Assembly: GCA_973895155.1 (NCBI GenBank)
Contig: OZ316895.1
Span: 20,722,803 to 20,786,802 of the forward strand
From: Marsupella aquatica
Taxonomy: Eukaryota > Plantae > Marchantiophyta
DNA: 64,000 bases
Direction: 5' to 3'
The notes beneath the pieces were generated by a model that ran no database searches, was not told the DNA's origin, and saw only the letters and a list, made by a program, of their open reading frames with translations. Of the stretch, positions 36,859 through 51,290 are shown piece after piece; the first letter of the stretch is position 1; each line of letters opens with the position of its first letter. Both the position numbers and the translations under genes were made by a program.

Positions 36859-39800
36859 AAACTCAGAGATTAAAAATTAATACTTTACTCTAGACGGGAC
36901 TCTAGATAGTCATAAACTACTGTACTCTTATTTGTAAAGGTGGTTGTACTCTTTCTCTCGCAGGAGTATGAGAGGGTTTTAATGAGGCGACACCTACATA
37001 AGACCAAAGTACAAAATATGAAACTTTTGTTGGAGAACGTAACTAGTATAGAGTTGCTTGCATGACTCCCATAATACAATCAAGGGGGAGTGTTATACTA
37101 TACCCGTTACGTCACCAGGTTACTTCCTAACCCTAGTTAGGACCCATGTAACCCTGATCATTATCACACCTATATATAAAGCCACCCGAGGGAGAAGGGG
37201 TGACAGTTGGAGTTTTATCTTTGAACAAAACAAAATTTCTTTACTTAGGCCTTGAAGTGTTTACTAAGGTCGTGTTACTGGAGCATTAGAGGCACTAATA
37301 GCTACTCAAAACTTGAACTAAAGCTCTCTTTTCTTGGGGCATTACATCCCACAAGGCCTTGTAAACGGGACCTTACTGTATACTTAATGCCCTTTGTGAT
37401 TCCCCCATTGTAATATTCAGTGCATAACAAAAGATAATGCCCATCTCAGGCTGTGCAAGGGCATTTTGAGATTTGTACTCTAGTTATCTCTTAGTAAATA
37501 AAACAAAAACTCAATTTGTATGGAAGTTGAGTTACTTTGTCTTCAAGAGTGAAAAAATGAGAAAACCAACCAGAAATCGCAGTCTGTGTGGAAAATCTTG
37601 CAAGGACTCACCTGCATTAACTGTTGTTACAAAGACAATCTGGGCAATAAACCTCAAATTTTAGGCTAAAGCCCTGATTTGGAGGGGCATTATAGCCCAG
37701 AATGCCCACTGACTTTTGCCTGTACAGCTCTCTCTTGTGCTTAAAATTGCAAGCATGTGTAATCTTCCTAAAGAGGGGATCCAAATCTTGACCGTGCACT
37801 GAAAATACAAAGGGAAAATTTACGAATGGCATTGTCTTTATCCTTTGTTTACACATGAAGAAGAATGGTAACTGAACTTTTACTGTGTCACTTGATAGAC
37901 AAAAAGAGGACAAATCTCAAAATACATAGTCCAGCTTCTACTAGACATTCTTATCCATAATCACCAAGAAAATACAATGTAAAGTATCTAGCACAGATTC
38001 TGGTTTGTTTGTTGTTCTTTTGACAGGTAAAGACAGCTATAAGCTCACATAGGATCTCCATCCAAAACTTTGGAAGCTCAGATACTTTCATAGGCAATAA
38101 GATCCCAAAGTTTCCTTTCTAGGTCAATGGTTTTCTCATCTTACTGTGGAGGTGTTTTCTTGACTAAGATTGCTTTTAAACTCAAATTATGTAAAACCTG
38201 CACATTGTCTCGAAAGGGTATACTCCTGGTTAGAGGGCATTGTGGCATACAATGTCCCCAAAACAAGGGCTCTAGCCCAAGTTTGAGGGGACATCATGGC
38301 CAACCATACCTGTAACCAGATATTATTGTGATTACATAGAAACTTGAGAGAGTTTTGATACGAAACCAAAAAAATGGGAAATTAAATAATATTATTCCAT
38401 AAATAATTAAATAATATTATTTTAATATAAAATCAACTGCCTCTCAACGCTTCCCATTATTAGGATTTAAAAAATGGCAAGAAGGGGGTTGGTTTTTGCA
38501 TCAAGGCGTGTTGCCCAAGATGTTTCAACCTAGAAAATGAGAGTACCATGGTGAGTCGGCACACAAAACAATGCATTTGCACAGTGTGACAAAATTGATC
38601 TCAATGTGACAAGCAATGGGCAAGTCACGAGACAGATTTAAAACTTTATGTTTTGATCAAACATTGTACGTTTTGAAGCAATGCAACTTGATCATGTTCA
38701 ACATAGACAACAATCGCAACGGCAAGCCCATGAACCATCTAAATCACAAGTAGTCAACATAAAAAGATATGTGGTTCACCTTAGTTGAGGCTACGTCATT
38801 GGCTACGTCCATGGGAAAACATGAGAACTTTACTGCATTTTAGGTCAGTTGGCCATATCAAGTCTCTGCAATACAAGATCTCATTATCTCTCAACTGACT
38901 CAGTAACAATGAGCTTGAGTTTCTACTATCCAAGCAAACACTCTTTGGGATATATTTTGCAACCTAGTTAACCCAACTTAGTCTGTGACTAGATAAGCCC
39001 TAATTATGATTACATTTCTAACCCTAGACTAAGAGTAAATGCCTCACAGACCGGGCCAAATAATAGAGACAACCAAGTCTCTAATGTGTGTGTTGTTCTA
39101 AAGAAAATTGGCATTTTTGAAACAAAATGATAGCATAAAGCTATGACTAAGGTCAGGCATGATATTAAATTTCATTCCGGAAAACATGATGCAAACAAGA
39201 CAATAACAAGAAACATTTGTTTGGTAACCTTTTATATATGATACCCGGAAGGGGGAGATTACAAATAGTTGCTCTATCCATAAAATAAAGTAATACAAAT
39301 TAATATGTATTGGAGCCACCTATTCAACTGGACTTCTATTAAACTTCTCTACTACTGTAGATATTCATTGTCGTATCTCTGAATGCCCGGGATTGTATGA
39401 TTGTACTTCAAATCTCTATAAGAGATTTAATTGACCAATAATGGATACTCTTCCATTGGCCAGGACAAGCATTTTTTTTACCATTTAGACCACAGGCAGA
39501 CATGATCCGAACATTTTCAAATTTTGGCTCCTTCATTCAAGGGATTTCATTTATTAAACTTCATTTCAAAATTTTGGTCTCCAGAGTGTCTTTTGATCAA
39601 GAAGTGATCATATGGTTTGCTTTGGTGAAAAGAACTTATAATTAACTCCCCCATGTCTTGTAAAGCAAACCTAACCCAGGTGGCAGAGATCCACTTGGCC
39701 AAGTGCAGTTTTGGGCTACTCTTCTCCTAACCTTTTGTGATGAGTGCACTTTTTTAGGGACCACTGTAATTTTTAATGGAGAATTAGTAATCACCATTAG

Positions 39801-41842
39801 TCCACTATTTTTACTACTCAAATTTTCGAATGCTGTTGTGCATGCCCATGCAACTGGGGCACACAAAGATATCTTTTGGAATAGAATACACATTAATTTA
39901 GCAGATATGCTTACTTCTGGGAAAACCTGCATGGATCACAATGTACAGATGGAGCATGTGTGTTTATATAGGAGTCAATACTATATTCACTTTGTATAAA
40001 TGCACATGAGTTCACCCATGTCAAGAGGACAAACATTAAAATTATAGTCCATCCCAGAATCAATTTCTCTGGATTGCTTATTTATATAAGTGTCATGCTT
40101 ATTTCATAATGTGTGACACGCAGACCAGTACAGTAAAGCAATTGGTTTTTTTACTTGCCCAGTTTTTGCCAATTTCACCTCATTCAGTTACGGGTAAATA
40201 AATAATACAAAGGAAAATCAAGGGGGAGAAACCGAGTTGCCAAAAAACACCTTTAGTTGCAATCAGAGATCTTTGAAAATCTGACGGCTTTCCTGACCAA
40301 AATTTGGGGTAGACATTTAGGGTGGCTTGGCACTTGTGCTATTTACCTGTCGCAGCCTTCTATTATTTTAATTCATCAATACATATGAGTAGATATTTGG
40401 TGGGTCCCACGGAATTACCCTCCCCACGCCCTTGAAGTCTTGAAGTAGTCCCTAATTATGTATTCAATTGACTGCAGTAAAGTTTATCCGCACGGGACGA
40501 GACAGAGCAATGTGGATGACGTGGCCCGACACGGGATATACGGAGAGGCGCCACCCGGGTCCAGATATCGGGGAATCGCCCGGCGGTGCGGGCCGAGCCT
40601 CGGGTACCTTCCAGCTTCGACACCAGGTCTGGTCAGAGAGCCGGGGTCTTGTCTTTGTTTCGGGGCTTGGGCCCATCCTTTGTTGGCCTCGTTCCTTCGC
40701 GTGTTTGGCCGAGCTCGATCGAGAATTGTGGTCCTGGCCATGCCGGACGCGAGGCGAACTTGCCAGTGGCCGTGGCCATCTGCACCCAAAGGGAGCCTGT
40801 GGCCGTGTGGCCCCAGGTGGCTCTTTTGTAGCTAGCGAGCCCCGCGGAGCCGCAGTGGTTCGTGACTCCTCCTCCTCTTGTTGGCCCTCTGCTCAACTCA
40901 CTCGATAACAGCAGCACCACTCTTCGAAGGAACGAGAAGAAGAACGTCGAGAAGAAGAAGGAAATTGGTGTATATTTTAGCTGTGGTTTGGTCGACGCGT
41001 TGATTTGCTTGGACTCGATGACAGTGCTCGATCTGATTCATCGAGCAGGTTTCGAATCGAGCGAATGTTATTAATTAATGGAGAGCTTTGCCGCGGAGGA
41101 AAATGAGCTCCTTCTTCTTACTCGCAGTTGAGTACACGGTATGGACTGCAGCAGCGCGAGTCGGTTTCATGTGATACGTGGTGATGTACTGCGAATCAGT
41201 CGCCTCCTTTAGTCTGTGTCCCTCTCTCCGTTGTGCTTATCGTCATTTTGACGAGCGATGTACTTTGAGGAATCGCTCGCAGTGGAGCTCTGTACTTGGA
41301 GGAATCACTCGCAGTGGAGCTCCGCAATTTGAGGAATCACGAGCAGTGGAGCTCTGTGTTCGTGGTGTTATGAGCGGGAACGGGCATGAATGAGAAAGGG
41401 AATGAGTGTTTCGTTTCGTATGAAAGGGATGATTGAGACTTGAGACTTGAGAGGGAAGGGGAGAGGAAGGGGATGCGGAGGATGGTCATTGATGTCTGTT
41501 GGTGTTGTCAATTCAGTTTGAATGACTCTCATCGGCGGGGTTTGAACGATTTGGTTGGCTTGGAATTTGAATGGAAATTGAATTGACGGGAGGGAGAATT
41601 CGCGGTCAGGAGTCTGGTTTGACTCGGTGAGCAATCGGTGAAGTCGTGGTTGAGAAAGGGGAAGTTGATCAACGTTGATGGATGACATATTGTGAGAGGA
41701 TTACATTTCCTTCCAGGTTGGCGGGGCGGGGTGGTGTTGGCGCGGAGAGTTCTTCGAAATCGTGGAGGAATTTCGATTGCCACTAGTGTTTTGTGAATTC
41801 TTATGCGGTGTAAGGCTTTAACATCGAATCCTACTCGGGAGG

Positions 41843-44800
41843 ATGGGGTGGAAGAGAGGAGGGGACTTCGTCCGAGCGGAGGTCGCCATCGCTCCGAAGA
41901 CGAATCCTCTGGCGGCGGCACCGATGGTCCCCTTCGATTTTGAGGTCCCGGACAATGTTTGTTGTGCTTCTCCCGCTTGCCTCTCGTTCATTAGTCTTCC
42001 ACTTCCGACACAGTCGTCGTCACCGTCCTCGCAATGCCCCTCCAGGGTGTGTTTAGATCTGTTCTCGGGCGCCGCATTACCCCCTCTGCTCATGAATTCC
42101 CTGTTCCCATCGCCTTTCTCTAGCTCCTCTCTCTACTCCTACTTCCCAGCGCACCTTACCATTCACCATTGTTCAGTATCGTCGCCATCGCCTTCTCCTG
42201 TTTTCAGTTACTCGGCGTTTGTCTCCGTTTCGTCGCCTTCCGTTGGACGATGGCGCCGAAGAGAGCCGAAAGTGAGAAGGCCGTCATCGAACAAAGTCGT
42301 CAGGCTGTCGTCTCCTGCTTCCCTCGCATCGCTGGCTTCCGCACTGCCTCCGTTCTCATCCGGGGGGAAGGCTTTTGTCGTCCACGAAGGCAAAGAGGAG
42401 GATGTCAAGGCCAGTAGCAGGGGTGGAACCCCGGAGCACGATGCTGGAGACGGCCTGCCTCTTGTCAGGAATTTCATAGCAGGGAATGCGAGATTAAGGA
42501 AGGAAGGTGCGATTTTTTTCAAGCAGCTGCGGTCGCAATTGCGCGGAATTTCGATACGAAATTATGGTCCAGCAGAGACGAGGAAGGACAGCGACGGTTT
42601 TAAAGTACCCCGGAGTGATGCGACAAGAAATGAAGACAGGGTGGAAAGCATTCGCGAAGGAAAACGGAAGGCGATCCAGACTTCCAAACATCTCCTAGCT
42701 GGAGCTATTGCAGCACTGGTGTCAAGGTTCGATGTCATGTCTCTTTCTCTCAACGCACAAATGTCTTTTGAGTCCTCAATGTCGGCTCACATTGGTTCAG
42801 GAAGTACTGAATTTCATCTACTGTCCATCTTGTCTTCAACTTAGTCTTGAACTCAACATGGGTCAAATTCGCAGTGGGAACAGTCAATGTCTTTTTGAGA
42901 CGTACTTAAGTTTTTGAGAGAGAACTAATGGCAGTGATTGAAGCTCGGGGGTCTTATTGGACAGACTTTCCCAAATTGAACAAAGTCTAGGAGAGCAGTT
43001 GTGCCGATAGAAGCCGGGAAGGAGAGTAATGATCCTGCTTGGTAAGAGTTTCAGTCACCGGTCCCATAGCTTTCGCTGAACACAGTGGACGACTCACATG
43101 AGAAAGGGAGAACAATTACTCTTCCAGCAGTGTCTGTCGTAGTTGAGAAAATGGGGGTTGACGGTTTAACCTCTTAGGGGTAGCCTCCTTACGGCAGCCT
43201 TCGGATATATTGGACAACAACGTGAATCTGCCACCGCTGGACTTGAACGTCATAGAGGTCTGGACCCGAAACAAATTTATTCGTAAACAAGATCTTCGTA
43301 AGAAAGAGGTTGGGCGTGGTCAATTTACGTCCCAATCAAATGGCAGGCCTTGGCTTTTAAAAATTGGATCACCGCATCGGTGACTCAAACTCTCGTCCTG
43401 AGGTAGGGCAGCCCCTCTCCGCACAATGAGAGATCGAGAGAGGGACTTTTTCGGCCTATTTTACTTGTGAAATTCTCCTAGCACAACTTGTAGTCGCTCC
43501 ATGTATGTGAGGTAGTTGTGGGTGGGAGAGTCTCTCTTATGTACAGAGCGAGACGTTCTCATATTCGTCAATTTGCTTGTCCAGGACTATTGTTGCGCCA
43601 CTGGAGAGGCTGAAACTGGAGTACTTGGTCCGGGGGGCCAAGGATGATGTGATCAAGACTTTGCAGACCATTTTCATGAAAGAAGGAGTTAAGGGCTTTT
43701 GGAAAGGGAACGGTTTGAACATCCTCCGCACAGCTCCATTCAAGTCTGTCAATTTTTTTGCCTATGATACTTTTCGAAGGCAGTTGTTGAAATGGGGAGA
43801 CAGAACTGAAGTGACCAACATCGAGCGATTAGCAGCAGGGGCAGCCGCCGGTGTTACTGCCACCATTTTGTGCTTTCCTTTAGATACTGTAAGTACCCTC
43901 CTGCAAGAACTGACGAACTGAAAATCACTCAACAAAGATATCGTTATGCTCGTTCATGATCTGCTTGCTGTGAATGATGTTGATGCTTCTATAGTCACCT
44001 CCGGTTGTCTGTTAACGGTTCTGAACTTCACCAGTACGTGGTACACACCCTAATTGGTTGAAATAATGAAGTGCAATTGATAGTCATATTCACGAAGACG
44101 TTTTCTGCTCTGTAATACGGCCTCAGAGTCATCTGCTGAACGTCTCAGTAGCTGAAAGTGTGAATGTGTAATGTGTAATGCTACAGCGGAGTAGCTCGGG
44201 CATTCAATAGTAATCACAAACTAATGCGTAACCGTGAACGGATTATGTTTCAGATCAGGACCCTCGTGGTTGCACCCGGAGGGGAAGCCTTAGGAGGGAT
44301 GCGAGGTTGCTTCCGCCATTTGATTAGAACGGAAGGCATTGCAGGGCTTTACAAAGGGCTGCCAGCAGCAGTGGTCAGTATGGCTCCTTCAGGTGCTGTA
44401 TTTTATGGAGTCTATGATATCTTGAAATCCTCCTATCTGAACTCACCTGAAGGACAAGAAATGCTGAAAGCAAGGCAAAAACGGGCTGAGGAAAGACCTG
44501 AGGAGAATTTGACACAGTTGGAGCTTGGAACCATGAGGACTCTGCTATTTGGAGCAATTGCAGGAGCATTCTCTGAGACTGTGACATATCCTCTAGAAGT
44601 TGTGAGGAGGGCTCAACAGATGCAGTTTGCAGGGAACAAGCTGGGTATGATTGCGACTCTTCAGGTTCTGGCAAAAAAAGGTGGATTTGGAGCCCTTTAT
44701 GCAGGCATTCTCCCGAGTACGCTGCAGGTCAGGATTCTGTGACATGCATTTTAGAAATGCTCGTGATTTTTGAGATGTTTCCTTTGTTTGTGTTGGCGTC

Positions 44801-45279
44801 TTGTGTTCGACCATCTATTGCCAAGGTTTTTTCCAGGGATAGTATTGGGTCCTTTTTTGGTGAGTTTCTAAGCTGGAACATGTAACTATTTGAGCTGCTC
44901 CAGTATGTTCGTGGTTTTTCTCAAGTTTTCAACTGGTAGTGTTGTTTAGGCTTTTGGCTTTGGAATGTCTCCTACGGCTACTGTGCATTCTCTGGGTGTT
45001 GAATTTAGTTCGCTGTCGGTGGAGTGGGGTTGGTGTTTATACTCCTGTGTATGACGGCTTCTTGTTTTAGGCTTGAAATTCCAAAATGGATGCTACATGA
45101 CGACTTATCAAGCCCTGTGCTTACATAGATACTTGTTTGATCGTTGAAAATTTTCTTCTAGACAATAAGTCCAGTACTGATTTTGATTTACCTGTGACGG
45201 TGTTGTGCAGGTTTTACCGTCAGCTGCACTAAGCTACTTCGTGTATGAATCAGTGAAAATTGCTTTCAAAATTCCTTAG
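41843..45279 (+). CDS. Mitochondrial carrier family protein, Brittle1-like (BTL3-like adenine nucleotide transporter); exons 41843-42726, 43585-43888, 44254-44727, 45211-45279
   Basis: Three carrier repeats with PxE/DxxK/R motifs (APLERLK, FPLDTIR, YPLEVVR); KHLLAGAIAALVSR; GT-AG introns all in frame. The start codon is uncertain. Confidence 0.9.
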
Positions 45280-48200
45280 CGGAAGTTCATGGCAATGTGT
45301 CACGTAAGAACAGGATCTGAGTTCAGTTAGGTTGTATCGCCACATAGACCAATTTTTCAGCGACCGTTCTCTTTCAGTACATATGTACAATATTGTGGTC
45401 CCGGGGACTACTGTGATTTTCATTGGACGGCTCACGGCTCACGGCTCTTGACTATCTTCTGCTTTTTCTGAAAGGCCTCCAAAGGAGCCTGACCAGGCAG
45501 AACATGTGGCAGATTCTATTCTATTTGATCAATTACTAATAGAAGAATACTCGTGGGTTTCAGTCTTTTCATACTGTACAAATACATCTCACAATTGAAT
45601 GCATCATTTCATGTGGTGTGTTCTTGGAGCGAGGCTTGCACTAAAGTCTCGCTTTGTGCAAGCCTCTTTGTCATGAAATGATCATGGTTCTTCTCTACTT
45701 GGCCCCAGACCAAGATAGAGGTTACCTCTCTCGGCAGCCTGAATTGGCCGTCCTGCTCTGCTGAACGAGTGTTCAATGTAATGGGGCAATTTGACGCATC
45801 TGTACTACAAATCACCTGCTTGAGGGCAATGCAATAAAACTGTTCTCTTAAACCGATACTCCCTTTGCAACAGGAATCCTTCAGAATGTTCATCTGGTTA
45901 TTTCTACTCTCCAAGGTATAGGTCGTGCATTCTACTTAAAGCGCTGGTTGCAGGGACTATGTGTCATCGTCGTCACAATGCATGGTCGTTGCAGGGGCCT
46001 TGTGGAGTGACCCTGCACCGTCAGAGAAATCTTCACAAAAGGGACAGAGCAGGTTCGGATTACCGTGACCACGACCCAAGTTCATTGCTGGATTGGACGC
46101 ACGTAATGGGTGCCAGGTGGGCCTGGTGCCTCTGCTGCCACAACTTCAGCCTCGACAGGAGCTCGGTAGTTTATAGCTGGGCCGCATGGCCACTACACGA
46201 AAACCCAAGCCTGACGGGCCTATTATCCTGCAAACTGGCCGAGAGCTGCTCGTCTGATGTGAACCGGATTTGGATGACCAGTCCACTAGCAAAATTGGCC
46301 AAGAGCTGGTCTAACGTGAACTGGATTTTGATGACCGAGGTAAAGCAAAGCTAGACGAGAGCTGCTCGTCTGATGTGAACTGGATTTTGATGATGGCTTG
46401 CGAGGTCGGGACCCAGAGGTGAGTCACCAGTCACCTTGTCACAGACAAGGTTCAAGGTGGCAAACCTCCCTATACGAACCCTAATCACATCCGTCCTATC
46501 CATCCTATGTCGTAAATGGGCCCATTCAAAAAAGTAAGAGAGGGACCTGCTCTACCCAATTTCTAACTTTTTGTTTTCTAGGAAGTGAAGCCTGGATGGA
46601 TTACCACGTTAGAGAGATTGCTCCCACTATGGGAGTTTTGGGTTTATAACTTGATTATTAGGAGTCTTAAAATAATTTTTAACTTTCACTGCAACTATAA
46701 TAGGAAGAGACGTAAAAAAAACACAACATGAATTAATCTAATAGAATCTCGTGTTGGAAACCAATTAGATTAATTCATGTTTTCAGCTTTGTCGCTCCAC
46801 ATAAAAACATTATAATTTCTAACTGTTAGTTTTATGCTTTGTCGCCCCACATAAAGGAATTCCAGGTAGCAATCATTTGTAAGTGTTCTTTTGCTTTGTT
46901 GCTAAACATAAAGAGCATCCAAGCCAAAATTTGGAGCACAGATTAAAGATGGTCCATCCAGGGAGGGCATCCGGTTAAGAAACCAAAATTGGGGGTGAGA
47001 TTAATGGTGGCTTGGCACTTGTGGCTATTTTTCAGTAAAGAAAATTGGAAGGCCACTTTGTTTTAAAGATAGACTCCAACCAAAAAATCTTTTAGAAATG
47101 ACGTTCAATAAGTGCAAATCCTTGAATTGAGGAGCCAAAGTTCGCAATGCTTGCATCACCACCTCTGGAGTTGGTCTAAAAGTCTAGAAAAAAAGTAGCA
47201 CTTCACATCAATCACTTGGGCCCACTCTTTGCCATGTAGGACACTAGACACTATCATGAATGGGCCCCAAGTTCTTGTAAACTTAGCCTATTGTGGTCTT
47301 TCCATTGCAAGTTTTGGGCTTTGTATTTTTGAGGGTATTTGTTTTCTACGATGCTCATCTTGCTCAGAAGTGAATTATGGACTGACCAATCAATCTAGCT
47401 TATGTAGTTCAAAGTACAAAGTTTTAGGATATGGAACAAAAAGTAAATTAATACCAGAAAACACAAATCTCAACATGGCCTAATGTCTCGGCATTAATAC
47501 TTCTTCTTTGTTCTTTACACACTTTTTGCAAGATCTTAACTTCCCTCATTTATCTGTTTCTGTTTCTTTCCAAAACCCACTCAATTTTTTGACATAAGTG
47601 AACATTTTGGTTGCGGAAATTGTGGGTCATAATGTCCCCTCAAACTTGGATAGGCTGAACCCCTCACATTGTTAAGGCATGACATCACACGATTCCCCCT
47701 TAACCATTACCCTATTAGTCATACTGTCCAGGTCTGAGGGAAAGGAAAAAAAAACAATTCTGAGAGGTATTTGTTTGAAGGGACCCCAAAATGTAATTTT
47801 CATTCAATAAAACCCTTGAAATTTTGGGTAAGTCAATTCAAGGCCAATCAATGATCTGGATCACTTAGGGGTGAGGTATTCGCTTGATTGACCCCCAAAA
47901 TGAAACTTGTTACTTGATCGACCCCCTGAGGTCCATCAACGGTCCAGATCTGAGATCGAAAGGTCTGGCCATCAACAGTCCAGATTGGGGAAAAGTATGG
48001 AGGGGGTTGATTAAGCAAACTTTTTTTTAGAAGGGGGTCTACTAAGCATATCTCTCCTTAAGGGTCCTATCATGTAGAACATGTCATTTTGGGATCCAGT
48101 CAAGCAAACACCTCACAATTATGAATTCTTGTATTGTAAAGCCACCCTAAAGACGTTCCATAAGGCCCCTCACAATTCCGAAGTCTTGTGTTGTAAAGCC

Positions 48201-50629
48201 ACCCTAAAGAGGTTCCATAAGGCGAGGTTTTCACACGTTGCATACGCTAAGATGGCCGGTTGTAATTTAGGGTTCGTGTTTCGTGGTTCTCTAAAATAGC
48301 TTCACAGGGTGCCGATTAGGTCAAACGCTCCCCACGAAATCAGCCCTTCTTGGGCGGTCATAAACCCCAGACTGAGATCCGCCGTCTGATTTCCATCTCT
48401 CCCTGGCTCTGGAAGGCTAGACATCCGACGCTTATAAGTTTCAGACGTCTCTTCGCTCTGCCACCTTGCTCGAGAACTCGACACTCAGTGATGTTCGTTA
48501 CAACGAGCCTCTGGTTCTCCCGATCGCTTGCCCGTTCTCTGGACAGAATTTCAGTACATCACGATCTTTCGCCGGGGCATTCCTTGGTTGGGTTCTATTT
48601 TTGTTCCCTTTGCTGTCGCTTGATGTGTTCATCTCCCGTCGAAATTTTGTAGCGCGACAGTCTTAAACTTCGGTGCGGTAGTGTAGTGATGTTTTACATG
48701 CCCAACTCTCAGTGATGTGTAGCACAATGTTCCTCTATTATCTGCCCAATTTTCTTTTCTATTGAATGTCAGTATATCTTCGCACGATTTTTTGTCCTCG
48801 TTTGGGGTTCTGATGGTTTTATTGGTCGGCCATCCTGATCCTCGATTTGGAACGCGTGCTTCCGGTCGTTTTATTGACCTATTTTACTTTTGCTTCAGTA
48901 CTGTGTTGCATTATATCCCTGTAGTTTGTAATAGGGTTTGCATGCTTGAGTTTCTCTCTTGCGATTTTCCTCTTGCGATTTTCCTCCCCTAAACTTGCAG
49001 TATAGTGTGGCGTTTTATGTTTTGGCGCGTCTGAATCATTGTGACAGCATGGAGATCTGTTTTTCAAAGGTCTCCTCCTACCCTTGGGTAGTCCATCCTC
49101 ATTGTCTGTGGTCTGCGGTCGTATCAGATGAGTCCCCGCACCCCTGACTTTTGCGCTGTCTCATTGCCGGTTATAGACCGATTATTAGGTGATTTATTGA
49201 AGTATGCAATAGCGACAGAAGTACTCGTAGGGAAGGTCGGGAAGAAGCGCGTCTCCGCAACATTTTGTCACCGTCTCCCGTCGGAGCCTATGTCAGTAAG
49301 GTTGTGCCTCTTTGGTGTTCCTAGTAGTGTCCCTCAAGGCTTCCTTGATTGCTATGTTCGAAACTGTCAGTCCTTCCACTATGATGACTCACATAACCCC
49401 AGCTCGCTTCGAGACTTTCGGGTCGGTGAAGAGAATTGGTTTCCAACACGACAAATACCTGAGTGGAATCTCATCAAGTCTTGCCGTATATTGTCAAGAT
49501 TTGAGGTCTTGTTGTCCTGCTGAATGGACAATATGTGCTGGAGAGCCTTTTAGCATGTTCTCGTTGTGGAGATGAATACCATCTCAGTTTGGTTCTGTCA
49601 GTCGCTCAGATGTTGCAAAGATGAAGTCCCGTGTACATTGGCACTCGAGTTTTGGCGGATGATGCATCCTGCTAGTTGCGTTGGTAGTTCCTTACATGAG
49701 CTATTGACCTTGTCAGGTTGCAGATAGTACACCCTGCAGCTGAATTAGTTGGCGTTGTCTTGGTTGATGCCGACCCCAGACGGCTGTGCACATGCGTCGT
49801 TGATATTACTTCTAGACATGTTGATGGATTTGACCTGTGTCTTATTTTTCATAGTCAAACATTCCTGACCAAATGTTTTCAGGAATGTTTTCGCATCAGG
49901 ATGATCACATCAAGTGAGTAGTGTAGCGGTTACTAGGGCATCGAGTCCATCAAAATGCCTATGCTCCGAACAAGTGGAAGGTCAAACATTCCTGACCAAA
50001 TGCAAAATGGCGAAAACTGCTTTGGCGCTTTTGTCATTTGATCTTTCGCCTGAGCCAGACAATTTAAGCTTTCAGTACATAATGGAACATGTCGTTGTAA
50101 TCCAAGTGCAGCGCTAGACCATGTTCAAAGACAACTCCTGTACCGTTTTTCTACCATCTTAGAGATGATTGTCATTGTTTTGTGATTGTGATCAAGAAAG
50201 TGTAGCCTTCCGTCAAAACTGTCCCAACCACTGTAACTTCATATCTTAGGTTTCTTTATGGTCCACTTTGTACTGTCGTTTCGGAGAGTTTGAGGGTGCT
50301 TTGTCGATATTTTTCTCTTTTGGTTTTGTACCGAGTTTTGTACCTTTTTGAGGGAATTGATTGCATAGTTCTCATCTTGCTTTCAATTCTATTGGTCCTT
50401 GTTGAAAATTAGGTCCTCCCCATTACCTGCCTGGGGTTTTAAACCTTGATGCACCTGTTCCAAAAACTTCCAAAAACATAACAAGCAAAGATAACAGGCT
50501 ACCATTGTTGTTTGACAATTGACCCTAAACGCAACTTCAAGCACCACAATGACATTGGAGGATGGAATAGTTTAAGGGGAATTTTGAGAGAGCTCTGGAC
50601 ACTCTTTAAGTACAGTAGATGACATTGTC

Positions 50630-51290
50630 ATATGTACATTGCACATTTACAAGTATTTAATCGCAGTCAAAAGGTACTCCTCTGGTCTATTGTCTAGTGG
50701 CTTTTACAAGTATATAATCGCAGTCAGAAGTACTCCCAAGCCTCTTAGACGGAACTGCACATTTACAAGTATATAATTGCAGTCAAAAGGTACTCTGGTC
50801 TATTGTCTAGAGGCTTTTACAAATATATAATCGCAGTCAGAAGGTACTCCTCTGGTCTATGGTCTATTGTCTACAGGCTTTCACAAGTATATAATCGCAA
50901 TCAGAAGGTACTCATCGGGTCTATTGTCTTTGAGTGAAGTCTCTAGACCCTGACTCTTAACTAAAGCATAATTGAATGAAGGTGCCAAGGTCCTTTGGTC
51001 TTTGTCTTTGAGTGAAGTCTCTAGACCCTGACTCTTAATTAAAGAATAATTGAATGAAGGTGCCAAGGATGGGGCATGGTACTCCTCTGGTCTATTGTCT
51101 GTGAGTGAAGTCTCTAGACCCTTAACTAAGGCATAACTGAATGAAGGTCTGTTGTCTTTGAGTGATGTCTCTAGACCCTCACCCTTAACTAAAGCATAAC
51201 TGAATGAAGGTCTATTGTCTTTGAGTGAAGCCTCTAGACTCTTAACTAAAGCATAACTGAATGGAGATGCCAAGGATGGGGCATGTGCAC
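50630..51290. repeat. Compound degenerate tandem repeat
   Basis: Recurring GGTCTATTGTCT, TGAAGTCTCTAGACC, TTAACTAAAGCATAA and TTTACAAGTATATAATCGCAGTCA units. Confidence 0.8.

Larger units (their letters stand above)
32913..37227 (+). mobile_element. Ty1/Copia LTR retrotransposon, Bianca lineage, gag/protease deleted, decayed
   Basis: TG..CA LTRs at 32913-33691 (interrupted) and 37091-37227 (137 bp). TSD AAACA at 32908-32912 and 37228-37232. PPT AAGGGGGAG. Bianca-type GTTATCAGCA after the 5' LTR. Bianca-typical FLERVHADVCGPI, RTKMGPQRQKGIYVG and RSHIPAANAP motifs. Confidence 0.9.

Noticed and set aside
7400-37430. Idea that the giant transposon and the Copia both sit inside one older LTR (TGTTGTG at 7411 to TAACA at ~37429)
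   Set aside because: A purine tract precedes it, but I found no partner LTR or TSD, so it cannot be supported.
38530-39100. Similarity to 63430-63720 (ACAAGTAGT..ACA...GTGGTTCAC)
   Set aside because: Probably old LTR remnants, but boundaries and TSDs could not be defined.
40458-40920. Cluster of overlapping GC-rich ORFs upstream of the carrier gene
   Set aside because: No recognisable domain; long ORFs in several frames are expected from high GC; likely promoter or 5' UTR.
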